The notes under the pieces are model-generated. The model was not told the origin of the DNA. It worked only from the letters and a program-made list of their open reading frames with translations, and did no database searches. Shown piece by piece: positions 48,070-60,231 of a DNA stretch of 64,000 bases (positions are counted from its first letter, which is position 1; every line of letters begins with the position of its first letter). The position numbers and the translations under genes were made by a program. The stretch is taken from positions 160,001-224,000 of the forward strand of contig CAVPCT010000003.1 in NCBI GenBank assembly GCA_963702475.1, written 5' to 3'. The stretch comes from an uncultured Thermoleophilia bacterium. Its GTDB lineage: Bacteria; Actinomycetota; Thermoleophilia; UBA2241.

Positions 48070-48378
48070 TCAGCCCTTCATCTCGTCGGCCTCGTCCACG
48101 TCCAGGCGCCCGAGCTGCTGCCGGTAGCGGATGGCGATGCCCAGGCCGACGGCCACCTCGGCCGCCGCCATGGCCAGGACGAAGATGAACATCACCTGGC
48201 CGTCGGCCTGGCCCCAGCGGGCGCCGGCCGCCACGAAGGCCAGGCCGGCGGCGTTCAGCATGATCTCGATGCAGGCGAGCACCACGATGAGGTTGCGCCG
48301 CACCAGCAGGCCGGCGAAGCCGATCACGAACAGCACGCCGGCCAGGATCAGGACCGTGTTGAGCGAGACGTTCGCCAT
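48070..48378 (-). CDS. nuoK: NADH-quinone oxidoreductase subunit K
   Basis: RRN..IEIMLNA..GQV..AAAEVAVG. Confidence 0.95.
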   Translation of the reverse strand: MANVSLNTVLILAGVLFVIGFAGLLVRRNLIVVLACIEIMLNAAGLAFVAAGARWGQADGQVMFIFVLAMAAAEVAVGLGIAIRYRQQLGRLDVDEADEMKG

Positions 48379-48977
48379 CACACGGTCCTTCCGGTGTCGG
48401 TCGCTTCGGGCGTTTCGTCCGGAACCGACTCTTCGTCCGGACCGTCGTCCGTCCCGCGAGCCGCGGCCGGGACGTACTCCGGCGCCAGGTCGGCCGGCGC
48501 CGCGTCGGGCTGCGAGGCCACGTGCCGGGCCCCGACCAGGGCGGCGAGCAGCAGCATGCTGGCCAGCTCGACGCCCAGCACGTAGGGCCCGAACAGCGAG
48601 TCGCTGACGGCGGCTGGGCCCACTTCGACGCCGGCCAGGGCGTGGTCCGACAGCCGCACGCCGTACACCACCTCGGCGAGCAGCACGGCCACCAGCACCA
48701 CGGGGCCGATCCAGGCGCGCCGCGGCACCTTCATCTGCTCGTCGGCGCGCACGTTCAGCAGCATCACCGCGAAGATGAACAGCATCATGATCGCGCCGGC
48801 GTACACGATGACCTCGAGCGCGGCCACGAACGGCGCCCCGAGCGTGAAGAAGATCACGGCCACGGCGAACAACGAGACCACCAGGTACAGGAGCGCGTGC
48901 ACCAGGTTGCGTTGTGTCACGACCAGCAGGGTGGCGACAACGGCCACGGCGGCGGCGATGTAGAACAGGACGGTCAC
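48378..48977 (-). CDS. nuoJ: NADH-quinone oxidoreductase subunit J
   Basis: [30 protein letters not shown]. Confidence 0.93.
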   Translation of the reverse strand: MTVLFYIAAAVAVVATLLVVTQRNLVHALLYLVVSLFAVAVIFFTLGAPFVAALEVIVYAGAIMMLFIFAVMLLNVRADEQMKVPRRAWIGPVVLVAVLLAEVVYGVRLSDHALAGVEVGPAAVSDSLFGPYVLGVELASMLLLAALVGARHVASQPDAAPADLAPEYVPAAARGTDDGPDEESVPDETPEATDTGRTV

Positions 48978-49696
48978 GGCAGCAGGTCCCTCACGTCGCC
49001 GGGCGGCGCCTCCCGCTCGGCTTCGCCCTTGTCCTTGCCGCCGATGGCGAGCCCGGCCACCTTGTAGAAGTCGTGGGTGTGGCGCTTGCCCGTCCCCGCG
49101 ATCAGCAGGTCCCCCTTCTCGTACACCATGTTGCGGCGGTCGTACTCGCACATCTCCACGTCGGGCGTGAGCTGGATGGCGAACGTGGGGCACGCCTCCT
49201 CGCAGTAGCCGCAGAAGATGCAGCGCGAGAAGTTGATGCGGAACCACTCGGGGTAGCGGCGGCCGGTCTCGTCTTGTGTGGCCTGCAGGGCGATGCAGTC
49301 CACGGGGCAGGCCGCCGAGCACAGGTAGCACGCCACGCAGCGCTCGCCGCCGTCGGGGTCGCGGGTGAGCACGATGCGCCCGCGGTAGCGCGGCGGCAGG
49401 TACACCATCTCCTCGGGGTACTCGATGGTGTCGCGTCTGTGGAAGGCGTGGCCGATGATCGTGCCTATGCCGACCAGCGTGGAGAGTATCGTGCGGCCGG
49501 CGCGCGGCACCAGGCTCTGGCCGCGCCGCGCGAGCTTGCCGGTCACGACGACAGCGGTCGTCAGCGGCGGGTGCGTGACCTCCGGGCCGGCGGCCGCCGC
49601 GGGCCGGCCCTCCGGCAGCCCCGTGACGTCCGGCGACGGCGTCGTCGTCGCGGTGACCTTGAGGTGCATGCGGGTCTGCTCGGCGCTCATCGTCAC
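48974..49696 (-). CDS. nuoI: NADH-quinone oxidoreductase subunit I (N-terminal extension)
   Basis: [12 protein letters not shown] and [12 protein letters not shown]. Confidence 0.93.
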   Translation of the reverse strand: MTMSAEQTRMHLKVTATTTPSPDVTGLPEGRPAAAAGPEVTHPPLTTAVVVTGKLARRGQSLVPRAGRTILSTLVGIGTIIGHAFHRRDTIEYPEEMVYLPPRYRGRIVLTRDPDGGERCVACYLCSAACPVDCIALQATQDETGRRYPEWFRINFSRCIFCGYCEEACPTFAIQLTPDVEMCEYDRRNMVYEKGDLLIAGTGKRHTHDFYKVAGLAIGGKDKGEAEREAPPGDVRDLLP

Positions 49697-49700
49697 CGCC

Positions 49701-50654
49701 TCACTGGAAGCGCGCCACCACGACGGCGCCGGTCACGAGCAGGTTGACGAGGCTCAGCGGCAGCATCGCCTTCCAGCCCAGAGCCATGAGCTGGTCGTAG
49801 CGCGGCCGCGGGAAGGTGGCGCGCGCGATGATGAAGCAGCTGATGAAGATGAACGTCTTGATGAGGAACCACAGCCAGCCGGGCAGCCACGGTCCCAGCC
49901 AGCCGCCGAAGAACAGCGCGGTGATGAGCGCCGATATCAGGGTGATGGCCACGTACTCGCCGACCATGAACAGGCCGAACTTCATGCCCGAGTACTCGGT
50001 GTGGTAGCCGGCCACCAGCTCGCTCTCCGCCTCCACGAGGTCGAAGGGGATGCGCCGCGTCTCGGCCAGGGCGGCGACCACGAACACCACGAACCCGACG
50101 AACTGCGGGATCACGTACCAGACGCCCTGCTGTCCCTCCACGATGTCCTGCAGGTTGAAGCTCCCGGCCATGATGACGACGCCCACAAGCGAGAGCCCCA
50201 TGAAGACCTCGTAGCTCACCATCTGAGCGGCGGCGCGCAGGCCGCCGATGAGCGAGTACTTGCTGTGCGACGACCAGCCGGCAAGCACCACGCTGTACAC
50301 CGCCAGCGACGACATCGCGAGGATGAACAGCAGGCCGATGTTGATGTCGGCCACCACGACGCCCTGGTAGACCGGGACGACCATGAAGGACATCAGCGCC
50401 GTGATGAGCACGATGGACGGCGCCACGATGAACACGGCGCGGTCGGCGAACGGCGGCACCCAGTCCTCCTTGAAGAGGATCTTGAAGGTGTCGGCGAGCA
50501 CCTGCAGCAGGCCGGCGGGGCCGACGCGGTTGGGACCGAGGCGGTCCTGCACGAGGCCCAGCAGGCGCCGTTCGTACCAGATGAGGCCGGCGGCGACGGT
50601 CATCACCACGATGAGCACCCCGAGCACGGTGAGGAGCGACCAGTACCAGGCCAT
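49701..50654 (-). CDS. nuoH: NADH-quinone oxidoreductase subunit H
   Basis: [52 protein letters not shown]. Confidence 0.95.
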   Translation of the reverse strand: MAWYWSLLTVLGVLIVVMTVAAGLIWYERRLLGLVQDRLGPNRVGPAGLLQVLADTFKILFKEDWVPPFADRAVFIVAPSIVLITALMSFMVVPVYQGVVVADINIGLLFILAMSSLAVYSVVLAGWSSHSKYSLIGGLRAAAQMVSYEVFMGLSLVGVVIMAGSFNLQDIVEGQQGVWYVIPQFVGFVVFVVAALAETRRIPFDLVEAESELVAGYHTEYSGMKFGLFMVGEYVAITLISALITALFFGGWLGPWLPGWLWFLIKTFIFISCFIIARATFPRPRYDQLMALGWKAMLPLSLVNLLVTGAVVVARFQ

Positions 50655-53562
50655 CACACGGCTCCCCACGTCTGCTGCGGCGGGGCCGGCGGGCGCGGCA
50701 CGATACGGCCGCGCGCCGGCAAGCGCGATGTAGGGCACGCGCGGCAGGCCGACGGGCACGCCGGCGACGCCGTCCGGCAGCGACGGCAGCATGCGGAACG
50801 TGGTGGCGAAGTCCATCCAGGGCAGCCAGAGCGTGACGGGGTCGCCGTCGGCGAGGCCGAGCGCGGCTGCCGCTGCCGCGTTGGCGGCGACGTACGGTTG
50901 CGGGGCGCGAGCGGCGATCCCGGGCTCGCGCATGCTCAGGTCGTCGCTGCCGAAGATGTGGTGCACCGGCACGAGGAGGAGCTCGCCGCCGGGGTGCGGC
51001 GCGAACGGCGGCGGGGCCGGCACGTCCTGCGGCCGGCCGGCGGAGCCGCCGCTGCCGCCGTGGTGCGCCCCGTCCAGCAGGCGCACGCCGCTCGGTCCGC
51101 CGCGCAGCGGGCCCAGGACCTCCTCCTGCAGCTTGTGCAGGCCGTTGTTGGAGTTCCAGCCCGGCGACCACACGCGCGTGAGCAGGGGCGCCGGGGACTC
51201 GCACGGCCGCAGGCCTTCGAGCGAGTAGGCGAGCGGCGCGTCGGCGTCCTGCGACGGCGCCGGCTCCCACATGGTGCGGTCGGCGTCGAGCGCCGTCCGT
51301 CCGCTGTTGCGCTGCGTCTGACGGGCCACCCGGCGTCCGTCCTGCCGCCAGCCGGGCGGCGGCGACGCCGCGGCGACGCCGCGGAACTGCGGCAGGTCGT
51401 GCTCGAGCGCGGCCAGCACGTCGACGTCGTCGACCCAGCCGCGCACCTCCTTGACGTCGCCGCGCAGCATGAGGTCGCGGAGCCAGCGCCACGCCTCCTG
51501 TGTGTCGTCCCGTGGCGGCAGCACCGCGAACGAGCGCTGCGCCCTGCCCTCGTTGTTGACGTAGGTGCCGGTCGAGTCGGCGAAGGTGGGCACGGGGAGC
51601 ACGACGTCGGCGTGGCCTGTGACGGTGTCCTCGAGCGCGGCCAGCACGAGCAGGTCGGGCGCGCGCCGCACCAGGTCGTCGACCAGGAGCGGCGCGGCGC
51701 GCCGGTACAGGTCGTTGCCGAGCATCGCGACCACGTCCACCTCGCCGCGGGCGACGGCGGCGATGGCGTGCGACAGGGGGCGTGCCTCCATCATGCGGAG
51801 CCCGACGCTGTCGACCTCGGGCGCCGTGAGGATGAGGCGGGCGGACTCGCGCGGGGCGGCGAGGACCTCGGCGCGCGGGCTCTCGCCGGGCGCGCCGGCG
51901 CCGCCGTCCGGCCCGACGCCGCCGGCCGGCACCGCTGTCTCGCGCGGCAGCGCGGCCGCCAGCCGCGCGGCCGCGCGCACGAGCGTCGCGGAGCCGCCGG
52001 TCGTGCCGCTGATCACGACAGCCTTGCGGCTGTCCCTCAGCGGTCCGGCCCAGCGCGCCACGCGCGCGCCCTCGTCCGCGGACAGGTCCGGCACCTCGGG
52101 CGCGGCCGGATCCAGCTCGTGCGCGAGCGCCAGCGCCAGACGGGCGATGTCGCCGGGCGTCGCGCGCCAGGCCTCGGCGGCGATCTCGTCGAGCTTGGTG
52201 GCGTACGGCGTCGCCAGCCACAGCTTGCTCGGCTCATGCCGTTTCGCGCGTCCGACGGCGGCGTCGTTCCAGCTGCGGATGTGCGTGCGCTGCTCCTGCG
52301 CCGTCGGCCGCAGCCGGTTCCAGGTGCGCACCATGAGGTCGGCGAGCGGCGCCGTGTTCGTCAGGTCCTCGCCGAGCACCAGCACCACGTCGGCGCCCTG
52401 CACGTCGCCGAGGGCGCCGAGCCGCAGGCCGCTGCGCGCGACCTCGAGCACGACGCCGACCAGCTCGTGGTCGGCGTCGGACATGCCGTCGTAGAAGCAC
52501 GCCGGCCCGACCAGCGTACGCAGTGCGTGGTTGGCCTCCAGCGGCGCCCGCGGCGAGCCGATGCCGATCACGCGGCGGCCCCGTACCAGCGCCGCCGCCG
52601 CGTCCAGGGCGCGGTCGCGCCGCTTCTCCACGGGCTCCTGCCCGCCCTCGGCGGTCGAGCACCGGCGGCCGCCACGCCACGCGCGCGGCGCGGACCCGCT
52701 CGGGCGCGTTGACGTACGCGTAGCCGAAGCGCCCGCGGTCGCAGAGCCACATCTTGTTCACGTCGAGGTTGTAGCGGCTCGTGATGCGCCGCAGCTCGCC
52801 GTACCGCGCCCCGGGGTGCACGTTGCAGCCCAGGCCGCAGTGCTGGCACACCGCCGGCGCCGTCTGCAGGTCCCACTTGCGCGAGTAGTGCTGCGCCAGC
52901 GTCTTGTCGGTGAACACCCCGGTGGGGCAGACCTCCACCAGGTTGCCGCTGAACTCGCTCTCCAGCGTGCCCGACGAGGCCCGCCCGAAGTACACCTGGT
53001 TGCGCGAGCCGAAGGGGCCGAAGTCGTGACCGCCGGCGTAGTCGTTGTAGAAGCGCGTGCAGCGGTAGCAGGTGATGCAGCGGTTCATCTCGTGCGCCAC
53101 GAACGGGCCCAGGTCCTGGTTGCGGAAGGTGCGCTTGAGCCCGTCGTACCGCCGGTAGGCGTGCCCGGTCATCACCGTCATGTCCTGCAGGTGGCACTCG
53201 CCGCCCTCGTCGCACACCGGGCAGTCGTGCGGGTGGCTGAGCATCATCAGCTCGATCATGCGGCGGCGGAACACCGTCGCCTCCTCGTCGAGGATCGAGA
53301 TCTTGATGCCCTCCTGCGCCTCGGTCATGCAGGCCATGGCCAGGTCGCTCTTCTCGCTGCCGTCGCGCGCCGTCCACCACAGGCGCACGGCGCACTGGCG
53401 GCAGGCGCCGATGGAGCCCATCACGGGGTGCCAGCAGAAGAAGGGCAGGTCGTAGCCGAGCGAGAGCGCGATGTCGAGCATGTTGCGCCCCGCCTCCACG
53501 CGGTGCTCGGTGCCGTCGATGACGACGGTGACGAGCTCGCCGGTGCCGCCGGTGCCGCTCAC
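50654..53562 (-). CDS. nuoG: NADH-quinone oxidoreductase subunit G (frameshift at about 52620-52690; 3' end reads in frame into nuoH)
   Basis: [50 protein letters not shown]; C-terminal half [12 protein letters not shown] lies in another frame. Confidence 0.9.
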
Positions 53563-53608
53563 GCCGCCCCCCGGTCGCCGCGGGCCCCGCGCCGTCTCGT
53601 CGCGCCCG

Positions 53609-54952
53609 TCACGCCCACGTCGTCCCGCTCCTCACCGGCAGGCTGGACCCTCTGCGCGGGTAGCTGCAGCCGCCCTCGGCGATGTGCCGCTCGAAGTCCT
53701 CACGGAAGAGCCTGAGCCCCGACGCCAGCGGCTGCACGGCGCCCGGCGCCAGGTCGCAGAACGCGCGGTCGGGGCCCATGTACCAGCACTGGTCCTCGAG
53801 CAGCTCGAGGTACTCCGGCTTGCCGCGGCCCTCCTCGATGTCCTGGAGGAGCTTGACCGTCCACTGCAGGCCCTCGCGGCAGGGCGTGCACCAGCCGCAC
53901 GACTCCTGCGCGAAGAACTGCTGCATGTTGAGCAGCATGCCGATGGGGCAGGTCTGGTCGTCCAGCAGGACGATGGTGCCGGTGCCCAGGCGCGAGCCGA
54001 TGGCCTCCGTGTTGTCGAAGTCGAAGGGCACGTCGATGTCGGCCGCGGCGATGAAGGCCGTCGAGGCGCCTCCCGGTACGACGGCCTTGAGCTGGTAGCC
54101 CGGCAGCATGCCGCCGGCGTGCACCTCGATGAGCTCGCGCAGCGAGGCGCCCACCGGCAGCTCGACGCAGCCCGGCTTCGCCACGCGCCCGGAGACCCCG
54201 TAGATCTTGGTGCCACCCTCGGGCGTGAGGGCGACGCTTCTCCACCAGTCGACGCCGTTGCGCACGATGCCCGGCACGCAGGCGTAGCTCTCGACGTTGT
54301 TGACGACCGTCGGCTTGGAGTACAGGCCCGCCCCGGTCATGTGCGGGGGGCGGGCCCGCGGGTTCGGCCGCAGGCTCTCGAGCGCGTTGAGCATCGCGGA
54401 GGCCTCGCCGCAGATGTAGCGGCCGATGCTCTCGTGCAGGTTGATGTCGAAGGAGAAGCCGGTGCCCATGATGTCCCGACCCAGGTAGCCGCGCCCGCGC
54501 GCCTCGTCCAGGGCGTGCGCGAGTGCGTCCATGGGCTGGTCGTACTGGGCGCGCAGGAAGATGTACCCGGCGTCGGCCTGCACCGCGTACCCGGCGATCG
54601 TCATGCCCTCGATCAGCAGGTGCGGGTTGCGGCCCATCAGGAAGCGGTCCTTGATGCTGCCGGGCTCCATCTCGTCGGCGTTGCAGGCCACGTACTTGGG
54701 CCGCGGCGCGTCGTCGCCGAGCGGCATGGTGCTCCACTTGCGGCCGGTGTTGTAGCCCGCGCCGCCGCGGCCGCGCAGGCCGGAGTCCATGACCGCCTGC
54801 GTGACGTCGCGGGGCTCGAGCTCGTGCAGCGCCCGGTCGAGCCCTTCGTACCCGCCCGCGACGAGGTACTCGTCGAGCGTAGTTGGGCGGCCGTCGGCGC
54901 GCATGGCGCGCGTGAGCGGCCGCTCCCAGCCGTCTGTGCCGCGCGCTGTCAC
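53609..54952 (-). CDS. nuoF: NADH-quinone oxidoreductase subunit F
   Basis: [35 protein letters not shown]. Confidence 0.95.
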   Translation of the reverse strand: MTARGTDGWERPLTRAMRADGRPTTLDEYLVAGGYEGLDRALHELEPRDVTQAVMDSGLRGRGGAGYNTGRKWSTMPLGDDAPRPKYVACNADEMEPGSIKDRFLMGRNPHLLIEGMTIAGYAVQADAGYIFLRAQYDQPMDALAHALDEARGRGYLGRDIMGTGFSFDINLHESIGRYICGEASAMLNALESLRPNPRARPPHMTGAGLYSKPTVVNNVESYACVPGIVRNGVDWWRSVALTPEGGTKIYGVSGRVAKPGCVELPVGASLRELIEVHAGGMLPGYQLKAVVPGGASTAFIAAADIDVPFDFDNTEAIGSRLGTGTIVLLDDQTCPIGMLLNMQQFFAQESCGWCTPCREGLQWTVKLLQDIEEGRGKPEYLELLEDQCWYMGPDRAFCDLAPGAVQPLASGLRLFREDFERHIAEGGCSYPRRGSSLPVRSGTTWA

Positions 54953-55416
54953 GGGTACCTCCCCAGCACGCCGGGCACATCGGCCGGCGCCAGCGGCCCG
55001 TGCAGGTCCTTGTCCACCATGATCGCCGGCCCGCGGTCGCAGGCGCCCAGGCAGACGATGGGCAGCAGGGTGAAGCGGTCGTCGGGCGTGGTCTCGCCCA
55101 TGCCCACGCCGAGCTCCTGCTCGATGGCCTCGAGCAGCTCGGCGTACCCCAGCGACCAGCAGGCGAAGCTGTCGCACACCAGCACGATGTGGCGCCCGAC
55201 CGGCCGGCGGAAGAGCATGTTGCCGAACGTCGCCAGGCTGTCCAGCTCCTCGACGCTCATGCCGAGGAACGCGCCCGCGTCGGCCACGGCCTCGTCGGAG
55301 AGCCAGCGCCGCCGGACCTGCATGGCCTTGAGCACGCTGCCGGCCGCCGCCCGGCGGTCGGGGTAGTGCGTCACCACGGTCTCCAGCTCACGGCGCTCGT
55401 CGTCGCTCAGGCTCAC
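54949..55416 (-). CDS. nuoE: NADH-quinone oxidoreductase subunit E
   Basis: CDSFAC...CLGACDRGP. Confidence 0.93.
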   Translation of the reverse strand: MSLSDDERRELETVVTHYPDRRAAAGSVLKAMQVRRRWLSDEAVADAGAFLGMSVEELDSLATFGNMLFRRPVGRHIVLVCDSFACWSLGYAELLEAIEQELGVGMGETTPDDRFTLLPIVCLGACDRGPAIMVDKDLHGPLAPADVPGVLGRYP

Positions 55417-57203
55417 CGGTCCACGTCTCCCATGACGAAGTCGATGCTGCCGAGGATCGTCACCAGGTCGGCGATCTCGAAGCCGCGTGTGAGCAGCGGC
55501 AGCACCTGCAGGTGCGCGAACGACGGCGTGCGGATCTTCGTGCGGTACGAGGTGTTCTCGCCGTCGCTGATGGCGTAGTAGCTGTACTGGCCTTTGGTGC
55601 CCTCGGTGTAGATGCAGGCCTCGCCGGGCGGCACCACGGGGCCCCAGGTGACGCCCAGGAAGTGCGTGATGAGCGTCTCGATGTCGTGCATGGTGGCCGG
55701 TTCCTTGGACGGCGGTGTGGCCAGCGGGTGGTGTGACTTGTGCGGGCCGTCCGGCATGTGGTCCACGCACTGGCGGATGATGCGCAGGCTCTGGCGCATC
55801 TCTTCCACCCTCACGGCGATGCGGTCGTAGCTGTCGCCGGCGGTGCCGACGGGGACGTCGAAGTCGAACCAGTCGTAGTGGCTGTACGGGCGCTGCTTGC
55901 GCCAGTCCCAGGGGTAGCCGGCGGCGCGCAGGTTGGCGCCGGTGACGCCCCACTCCACCGCGTCCTCCACGGAGATCGGCCCGACGCCGACGGTGCGTGC
56001 CTTGAGGATGCGGTTGTCCATGATGAGGCGGTCGTACTCGTCGAGGCGCGCCGGCAGGTAGTCCAGGTAGTCGCGCACGCCCTCTTCCCAGCCGTTCGGC
56101 AGGCTCTGGGCGACGCCGCCGATGCGGAACCAGTTGGGGTGCATGCGCGCGCCGCAGATGGGCTCGATGACCTGGTCGAAGATGCGCTCGCGGTCCTCGA
56201 ACGTGTAGAAGACCGGCGAGAGCGCGCCGACGTCCTGGGCGAAGGTGCCGTAGAACACCAGGTGGCTGGCGATGCGGAAGAACTCGGCCAGCATGACGCG
56301 GATGACCTGGGCGCGGTCAGGGACCTCGATCCCGCAGAGCTGCTCCACCGTGAGCACCCAGGGGAAGTTGTTGCCCACGCCGCTCAGGTAGTCGATGCGG
56401 TCGGTGTAGGGGATGAAGCGGTGCCACGTCTGACGTTCGCTGATCTTCTCGGCGCCGCGGTGATGGAAGCCGATGTCGGGCAGGCAGTGGACGATCTCCT
56501 CGTCGCGCAGGCCCACGATGACGCGGAACGGGCCGTGGGTGGCGCCGTGCTGCGGCCCGATGTTGAGGTACATGAGCGTGGGGTCGTCCTCGGCGCTCGG
56601 CAGGCCCCACTTCTCGGGCGTGAAGCGCAGGTCCTCCATCCAGTCCTGGTACTGCTCCTCGGGCGCCTCGAACGGCCCGTACTCGGTGCCGCGGGCGGGG
56701 TGCTCCTTGCGCAGCGGGTGGCCCTTCCACCACGGCGGCATGAGGATGCGGCGCAGGTCGGGGTGGCCCTCGACGTGGATGCCGAACATGTCCCAGACCT
56801 CGCGCTCGTACCAGCCGGCGGCCGGCCAGAGGGGCGTGACGGATGCGATGGTCGGCGTGTCGCCGGCGAGCGCCACCTTGAGGCGCAGGTCGGCGTTCCG
56901 CTCGTAGGAGACGAGGTGGTAGAAGACGCTGAAGTCGGCCGCGGGCAGGCCGGCGCGGTGGGCGCGGTAGCGTTCGTCCACCGCGCCGAGGTCGTAGAGG
57001 AAACGGAAGGGGCGCTCGGCCTCGTGCTTCAGGTAGCCGAGCGCCTCGCGCACCAGGTCCTTCGACAGCCAGGCGGTCGGGATGCCGTCGGCGGTGACCT
57101 GCCCCGTCAGCTCCGCGCCGGGGAAGCGGGCGCGGAGCTCGTCGAGCACGTCCGCGGCCGCGGCGGCCGGCGTGGCGCCCGGTGTCTGCGTCGCGGCCGC
57201 CAC
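55413..57203 (-). CDS. nuoC: Fused NADH-quinone oxidoreductase subunit C/D
   Basis: [18 protein letters not shown] in frame with [16 protein letters not shown], final DVDR. Confidence 0.95.
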   Translation of the reverse strand: MAAATQTPGATPAAAAADVLDELRARFPGAELTGQVTADGIPTAWLSKDLVREALGYLKHEAERPFRFLYDLGAVDERYRAHRAGLPAADFSVFYHLVSYERNADLRLKVALAGDTPTIASVTPLWPAAGWYEREVWDMFGIHVEGHPDLRRILMPPWWKGHPLRKEHPARGTEYGPFEAPEEQYQDWMEDLRFTPEKWGLPSAEDDPTLMYLNIGPQHGATHGPFRVIVGLRDEEIVHCLPDIGFHHRGAEKISERQTWHRFIPYTDRIDYLSGVGNNFPWVLTVEQLCGIEVPDRAQVIRVMLAEFFRIASHLVFYGTFAQDVGALSPVFYTFEDRERIFDQVIEPICGARMHPNWFRIGGVAQSLPNGWEEGVRDYLDYLPARLDEYDRLIMDNRILKARTVGVGPISVEDAVEWGVTGANLRAAGYPWDWRKQRPYSHYDWFDFDVPVGTAGDSYDRIAVRVEEMRQSLRIIRQCVDHMPDGPHKSHHPLATPPSKEPATMHDIETLITHFLGVTWGPVVPPGEACIYTEGTKGQYSYYAISDGENTSYRTKIRTPSFAHLQVLPLLTRGFEIADLVTILGSIDFVMGDVDR

Positions 57204-57204
57204 G

Positions 57205-57858
57205 TCACACCTCGTCCGGCGCCCGCAGCTCGCCGGTTCCCAGCACCTGCGGGCGCCGCAGGTCGCGCAGCGACACCTTGGGCGCCTCGGTCACGTTCTC
57301 CTGGCCGACCACCCAGCTGAGCGGCCGCCGCTCGGTGGCGACCTGGGCCTGCAGCAGCAGCAGGCCCTCCATGAGCGCTGTGGGCGCCGGCGGGCAGCCC
57401 TGGATGTACACGTCCACCGGCAGGAACGAGTCCACGCCCTGCACCACGCTGTACACGTCGTACATGCCGCCGGAGTTGGCGCACGAGCCCATGCTGAGGA
57501 CCCAGCGCGGCGCCATCATCTGGCGGTGCAGCTGGATCACGGTGGGCACCATCTTCTTGAACACCGTGCCGGCGACGAGCATCACGTCGGCCTCGCGGGG
57601 GGAGATGCGCAGCACTTCCGCGCCGAAGCGAGCGATGTCGTAGCGCGGTGTGAGGCTCGTGGCCATCTCCACGAAGCAGCAGGAGAGGCCGAAGCCAAAG
57701 GGCCACAGCGAGTACTTGCGCCCCCAGGCGATGAGCGCCTGCAGGCTGCCCATGACGATGCCGCCCTCGGGTCCGGCGACGAGCGGCTGCTCCGACTCCA
57801 GCATGGAGTGGAGGGCGATGCCGGTGCGCGAGGGCACGTCGCCGCGACGGGGGGTCAC
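57205..57858 (-). CDS. nuoB: NADH-quinone oxidoreductase subunit B
   Basis: [28 protein letters not shown]. Confidence 0.95.
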   Translation of the reverse strand: MTPRRGDVPSRTGIALHSMLESEQPLVAGPEGGIVMGSLQALIAWGRKYSLWPFGFGLSCCFVEMATSLTPRYDIARFGAEVLRISPREADVMLVAGTVFKKMVPTVIQLHRQMMAPRWVLSMGSCANSGGMYDVYSVVQGVDSFLPVDVYIQGCPPAPTALMEGLLLLQAQVATERRPLSWVVGQENVTEAPKVSLRDLRRPQVLGTGELRAPDEV

Positions 57859-58388
57859 GTGAGCTGCTCCCGCTGGAGATCGCCGGCGGTCGCGGCAGGC
57901 TCCGGCCGCTCGAGACCGGACGCGCCCCGCTCGAGCCGCGCGGCGAGGCGATCCTTGCGCCTGCGTCGCCCGGCCGCGCCCCAGTCGAGCCCGCCGGCCT
58001 TCCACAGGTACACGAGACCGGCCAGCAGCAGCGCGACGAACACGACGATCTCGGCGTAACCCGCCCAGCCGAGCTTTCGCGCGTTCACCGCCCAGGCGAA
58101 GATGAACACGGCCTCCAGGTCGAAGATCACGAAGAAGAGGGCGACCTGGTAGAACTCCACACTGAGGCGTCGCGGCAGCGGACCGGCCGGCTCGAGCCCG
58201 GACTCGTACGGCGTGCAGCGGTCGCGCCCGCCTCGGCGGCGCTCGCCGAGGACCGCCGAGAGCACCAGGATGAGCGCGGCGAGGCCCAGCACGAGCACGG
58301 CGTACAGGGCAGCCGGCCAGATGGTGATGGCGACGAGACCCTCCGTGGCAACCCCCTGCCGTTCGTTCGCGTCCTGTGCATCCGCCAT
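57855..58388 (-). CDS. nuoA: NADH-quinone oxidoreductase subunit A
   Basis: PYESG, FVIFDLE, GGLDW. Confidence 0.93.
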   Translation of the reverse strand: MADAQDANERQGVATEGLVAITIWPAALYAVLVLGLAALILVLSAVLGERRRGGRDRCTPYESGLEPAGPLPRRLSVEFYQVALFFVIFDLEAVFIFAWAVNARKLGWAGYAEIVVFVALLLAGLVYLWKAGGLDWGAAGRRRRKDRLAARLERGASGLERPEPAATAGDLQREQLT

Positions 58389-58457
58389 CCCCTACCATGC
58401 TGGACGCGAGGTTCAGTGCATGGTAGTAGAACAATCACTATCAAGGGCGGAGGCTCC

Positions 58458-58473
58458 TGTCACGTTTCTGACG
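58458..58473. promoter_or_regulatory. Possible CRP/FNR-family box between the divergent nuo and qcr operons
   Basis: TGTCA-N6-TGACG (one mismatch from a palindrome). Confidence 0.35.
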
Positions 58474-58555
58474 CCATTTGCTCTCGATGAAACGGGGTAG
58501 GTGTCTGTCGTCACGGCCGCACGGAGGGATGCGGCCGGGGAGCAGAGGGGGCCGC

Positions 58556-59326
58556 GTGAGGAGCTGTGGGCGTTGGCGACACGAGCGCCGGGGTGTGCCT
58601 CCGGTCGCTCGCTGCGTCGCGCTGACGCTCGTCCTTCTCGCCGCCGCGGTGTCCACCGCCTCCGCCGGGGCGGCGACTGAGGCCACGCCGGCGTCTTCGG
58701 GCTCCCCGGTGGGTCAGCCGGTCTCCGGCGAGGCCGTCTACGTCCAGAACTGCTCGGGCTGCCACGGCGTGAAGGGCGAGGGTGCGTTCGGGCCGCCGCT
58801 GGCCCCGGCGGGCTTCGCCGAGCTGGTCGGCCCCATGGTCTTGCAGGGCGGCATCCAGATGCCGGCGTTCCGCGACGCGCTCACGCAGGACCAGATAGAC
58901 GCCGTCGCGCACTACGTGGCGACCAGCGTGGCCGACCCGGCGTCGCACGAAGCCGAGCTGGGGCGCGGCGGCGAGCTGTACCGCCTGTACTGCTCCGCCT
59001 GCCACAGCGCGACCGGGCGCGGTGGTGCGCTCACCGCGGGGCAGAACGCGCCCAACATCGCTCAGTACCCGGCGGCCGAGGCGCTCGCCGCCATGATCCT
59101 CGGCCGCCGGGAGATGCCGGTGTTCGCCGGCAACACCTTCGACGTCACGCAACAGACCTCTGTCGCGCTGTACGTGGACCGGCTCATCGAGCCCGAGTCC
59201 CCGGGCGGCGCCGGCCTGTGGTACCTGGGGCCGGTGCCCGAGGGTCTCTTCGGCGGGATCGGCCTGGTGATCCTTGTCGTGCTGGCCGTATGGCTGGCCT
59301 GGAAGTCGCGCAAGGCGGCGCCTTGA
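58556..59326 (+). CDS. qcrC: Diheme cytochrome c subunit of the bcc complex
   Basis: CSGCH and CSACH with distal MP motifs; GPVPEG + C-terminal TM; start uncertain. Confidence 0.85.
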   Translation: MRSCGRWRHERRGVPPVARCVALTLVLLAAAVSTASAGAATEATPASSGSPVGQPVSGEAVYVQNCSGCHGVKGEGAFGPPLAPAGFAELVGPMVLQGGIQMPAFRDALTQDQIDAVAHYVATSVADPASHEAELGRGGELYRLYCSACHSATGRGGALTAGQNAPNIAQYPAAEALAAMILGRREMPVFAGNTFDVTQQTSVALYVDRLIEPESPGGAGLWYLGPVPEGLFGGIGLVILVVLAVWLAWKSRKAAP

Positions 59327-60231
59327 GCGGCTCGCCGCCCGTGAACCCGCCCGGCGAGCCGCCGGCCGCGCCGCCGCCACGGCGTCCCTCGGGCCCGCCC
59401 ACGTGGCCGGTCGGCCTCGGTCTGGTCGCGACCATCGCCGGCGCCATCGGGTTCGCGGTGTCGTTCGTCGTCGGCGCCGGCAACGGCTGGATCGGCGGCT
59501 TTCTGGCCGCGGCCCTGCTTGGGCTCGGCGTAGCTCTCGCCTACTGGGGCCGCGACCTGGCCGGCGACGAGGTCATCACCGCGCCGTACCCGGTGCCGCA
59601 CGAGGACCCCGAGGGCCGCGGCGAGCTCGCCGACGCCCTGGAGCGGGACGCCGGCGTGCTCACGCGCCGGCGCTTCCTGTTCCGTCTGCTCATCGTGGGC
59701 GGCGCGGTGTTCGCCTTCAGCCAGATCGTGCTGCTCGGCGCCTTGGGGCCGCGCCCGAAGAACTCGCTGCGCACCACCGCCTGGACGCCGGGCGCCCGTC
59801 TTGTGGACTCGGAGGGCGTGCCCATCACCAGGGACGCGCTGGCCACAGGCGGCACCCTGGTCGCCTTTCCCGAGGGGCATGTGGGCTCGGCCGACGCGCA
59901 GGTGGCCCTCTTCCATTTCGTCAACGGCGACTTCAAGCCCCAGCCGGGGCGCGAGACGTGGAGCCCTGAAGCGTTCGTCGCCTACTCACGGATCTGCACG
60001 CACGTCGGCTGCGTCGTGGCGCAGTACGAGGACGAGTCCCAGCGCCTGGTGTGCCCCTGCCACCAGTCGAGCTTCGACCTGCTCGACGGCGCCAGGGTGG
60101 TCTTCGGACCGGCCGGCCGCCCGCTGCCGCAGCTGCCCCTGGCCATCGACGAGCAGGGCTACCTGGTCGCGCAGGACGACTTCACCGAGCCGGTCGGCCC
60201 GGGCTTCTGGAACGAGGGGTGGCAGGGGTGA
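59323..60231 (+). CDS. qcrA: Rieske Fe-S subunit with N-terminal TM helices and internal Tat motif
   Basis: TRRRFL; CTHVGC..CPCHQS; GPAGRPLP. Confidence 0.92.
   Translation: MSGSPPVNPPGEPPAAPPPRRPSGPPTWPVGLGLVATIAGAIGFAVSFVVGAGNGWIGGFLAAALLGLGVALAYWGRDLAGDEVITAPYPVPHEDPEGRGELADALERDAGVLTRRRFLFRLLIVGGAVFAFSQIVLLGALGPRPKNSLRTTAWTPGARLVDSEGVPITRDALATGGTLVAFPEGHVGSADAQVALFHFVNGDFKPQPGRETWSPEAFVAYSRICTHVGCVVAQYEDESQRLVCPCHQSSFDLLDGARVVFGPAGRPLPQLPLAIDEQGYLVAQDDFTEPVGPGFWNEGWQG

Noticed and set aside
49425-52712. 1095-aa plus-strand ORF and many similar long overlapping ORFs
   Set aside because: Antisense or off-frame shadows of real genes caused by stop-codon scarcity at high GC; Arg/Pro/Gly-rich with no motifs
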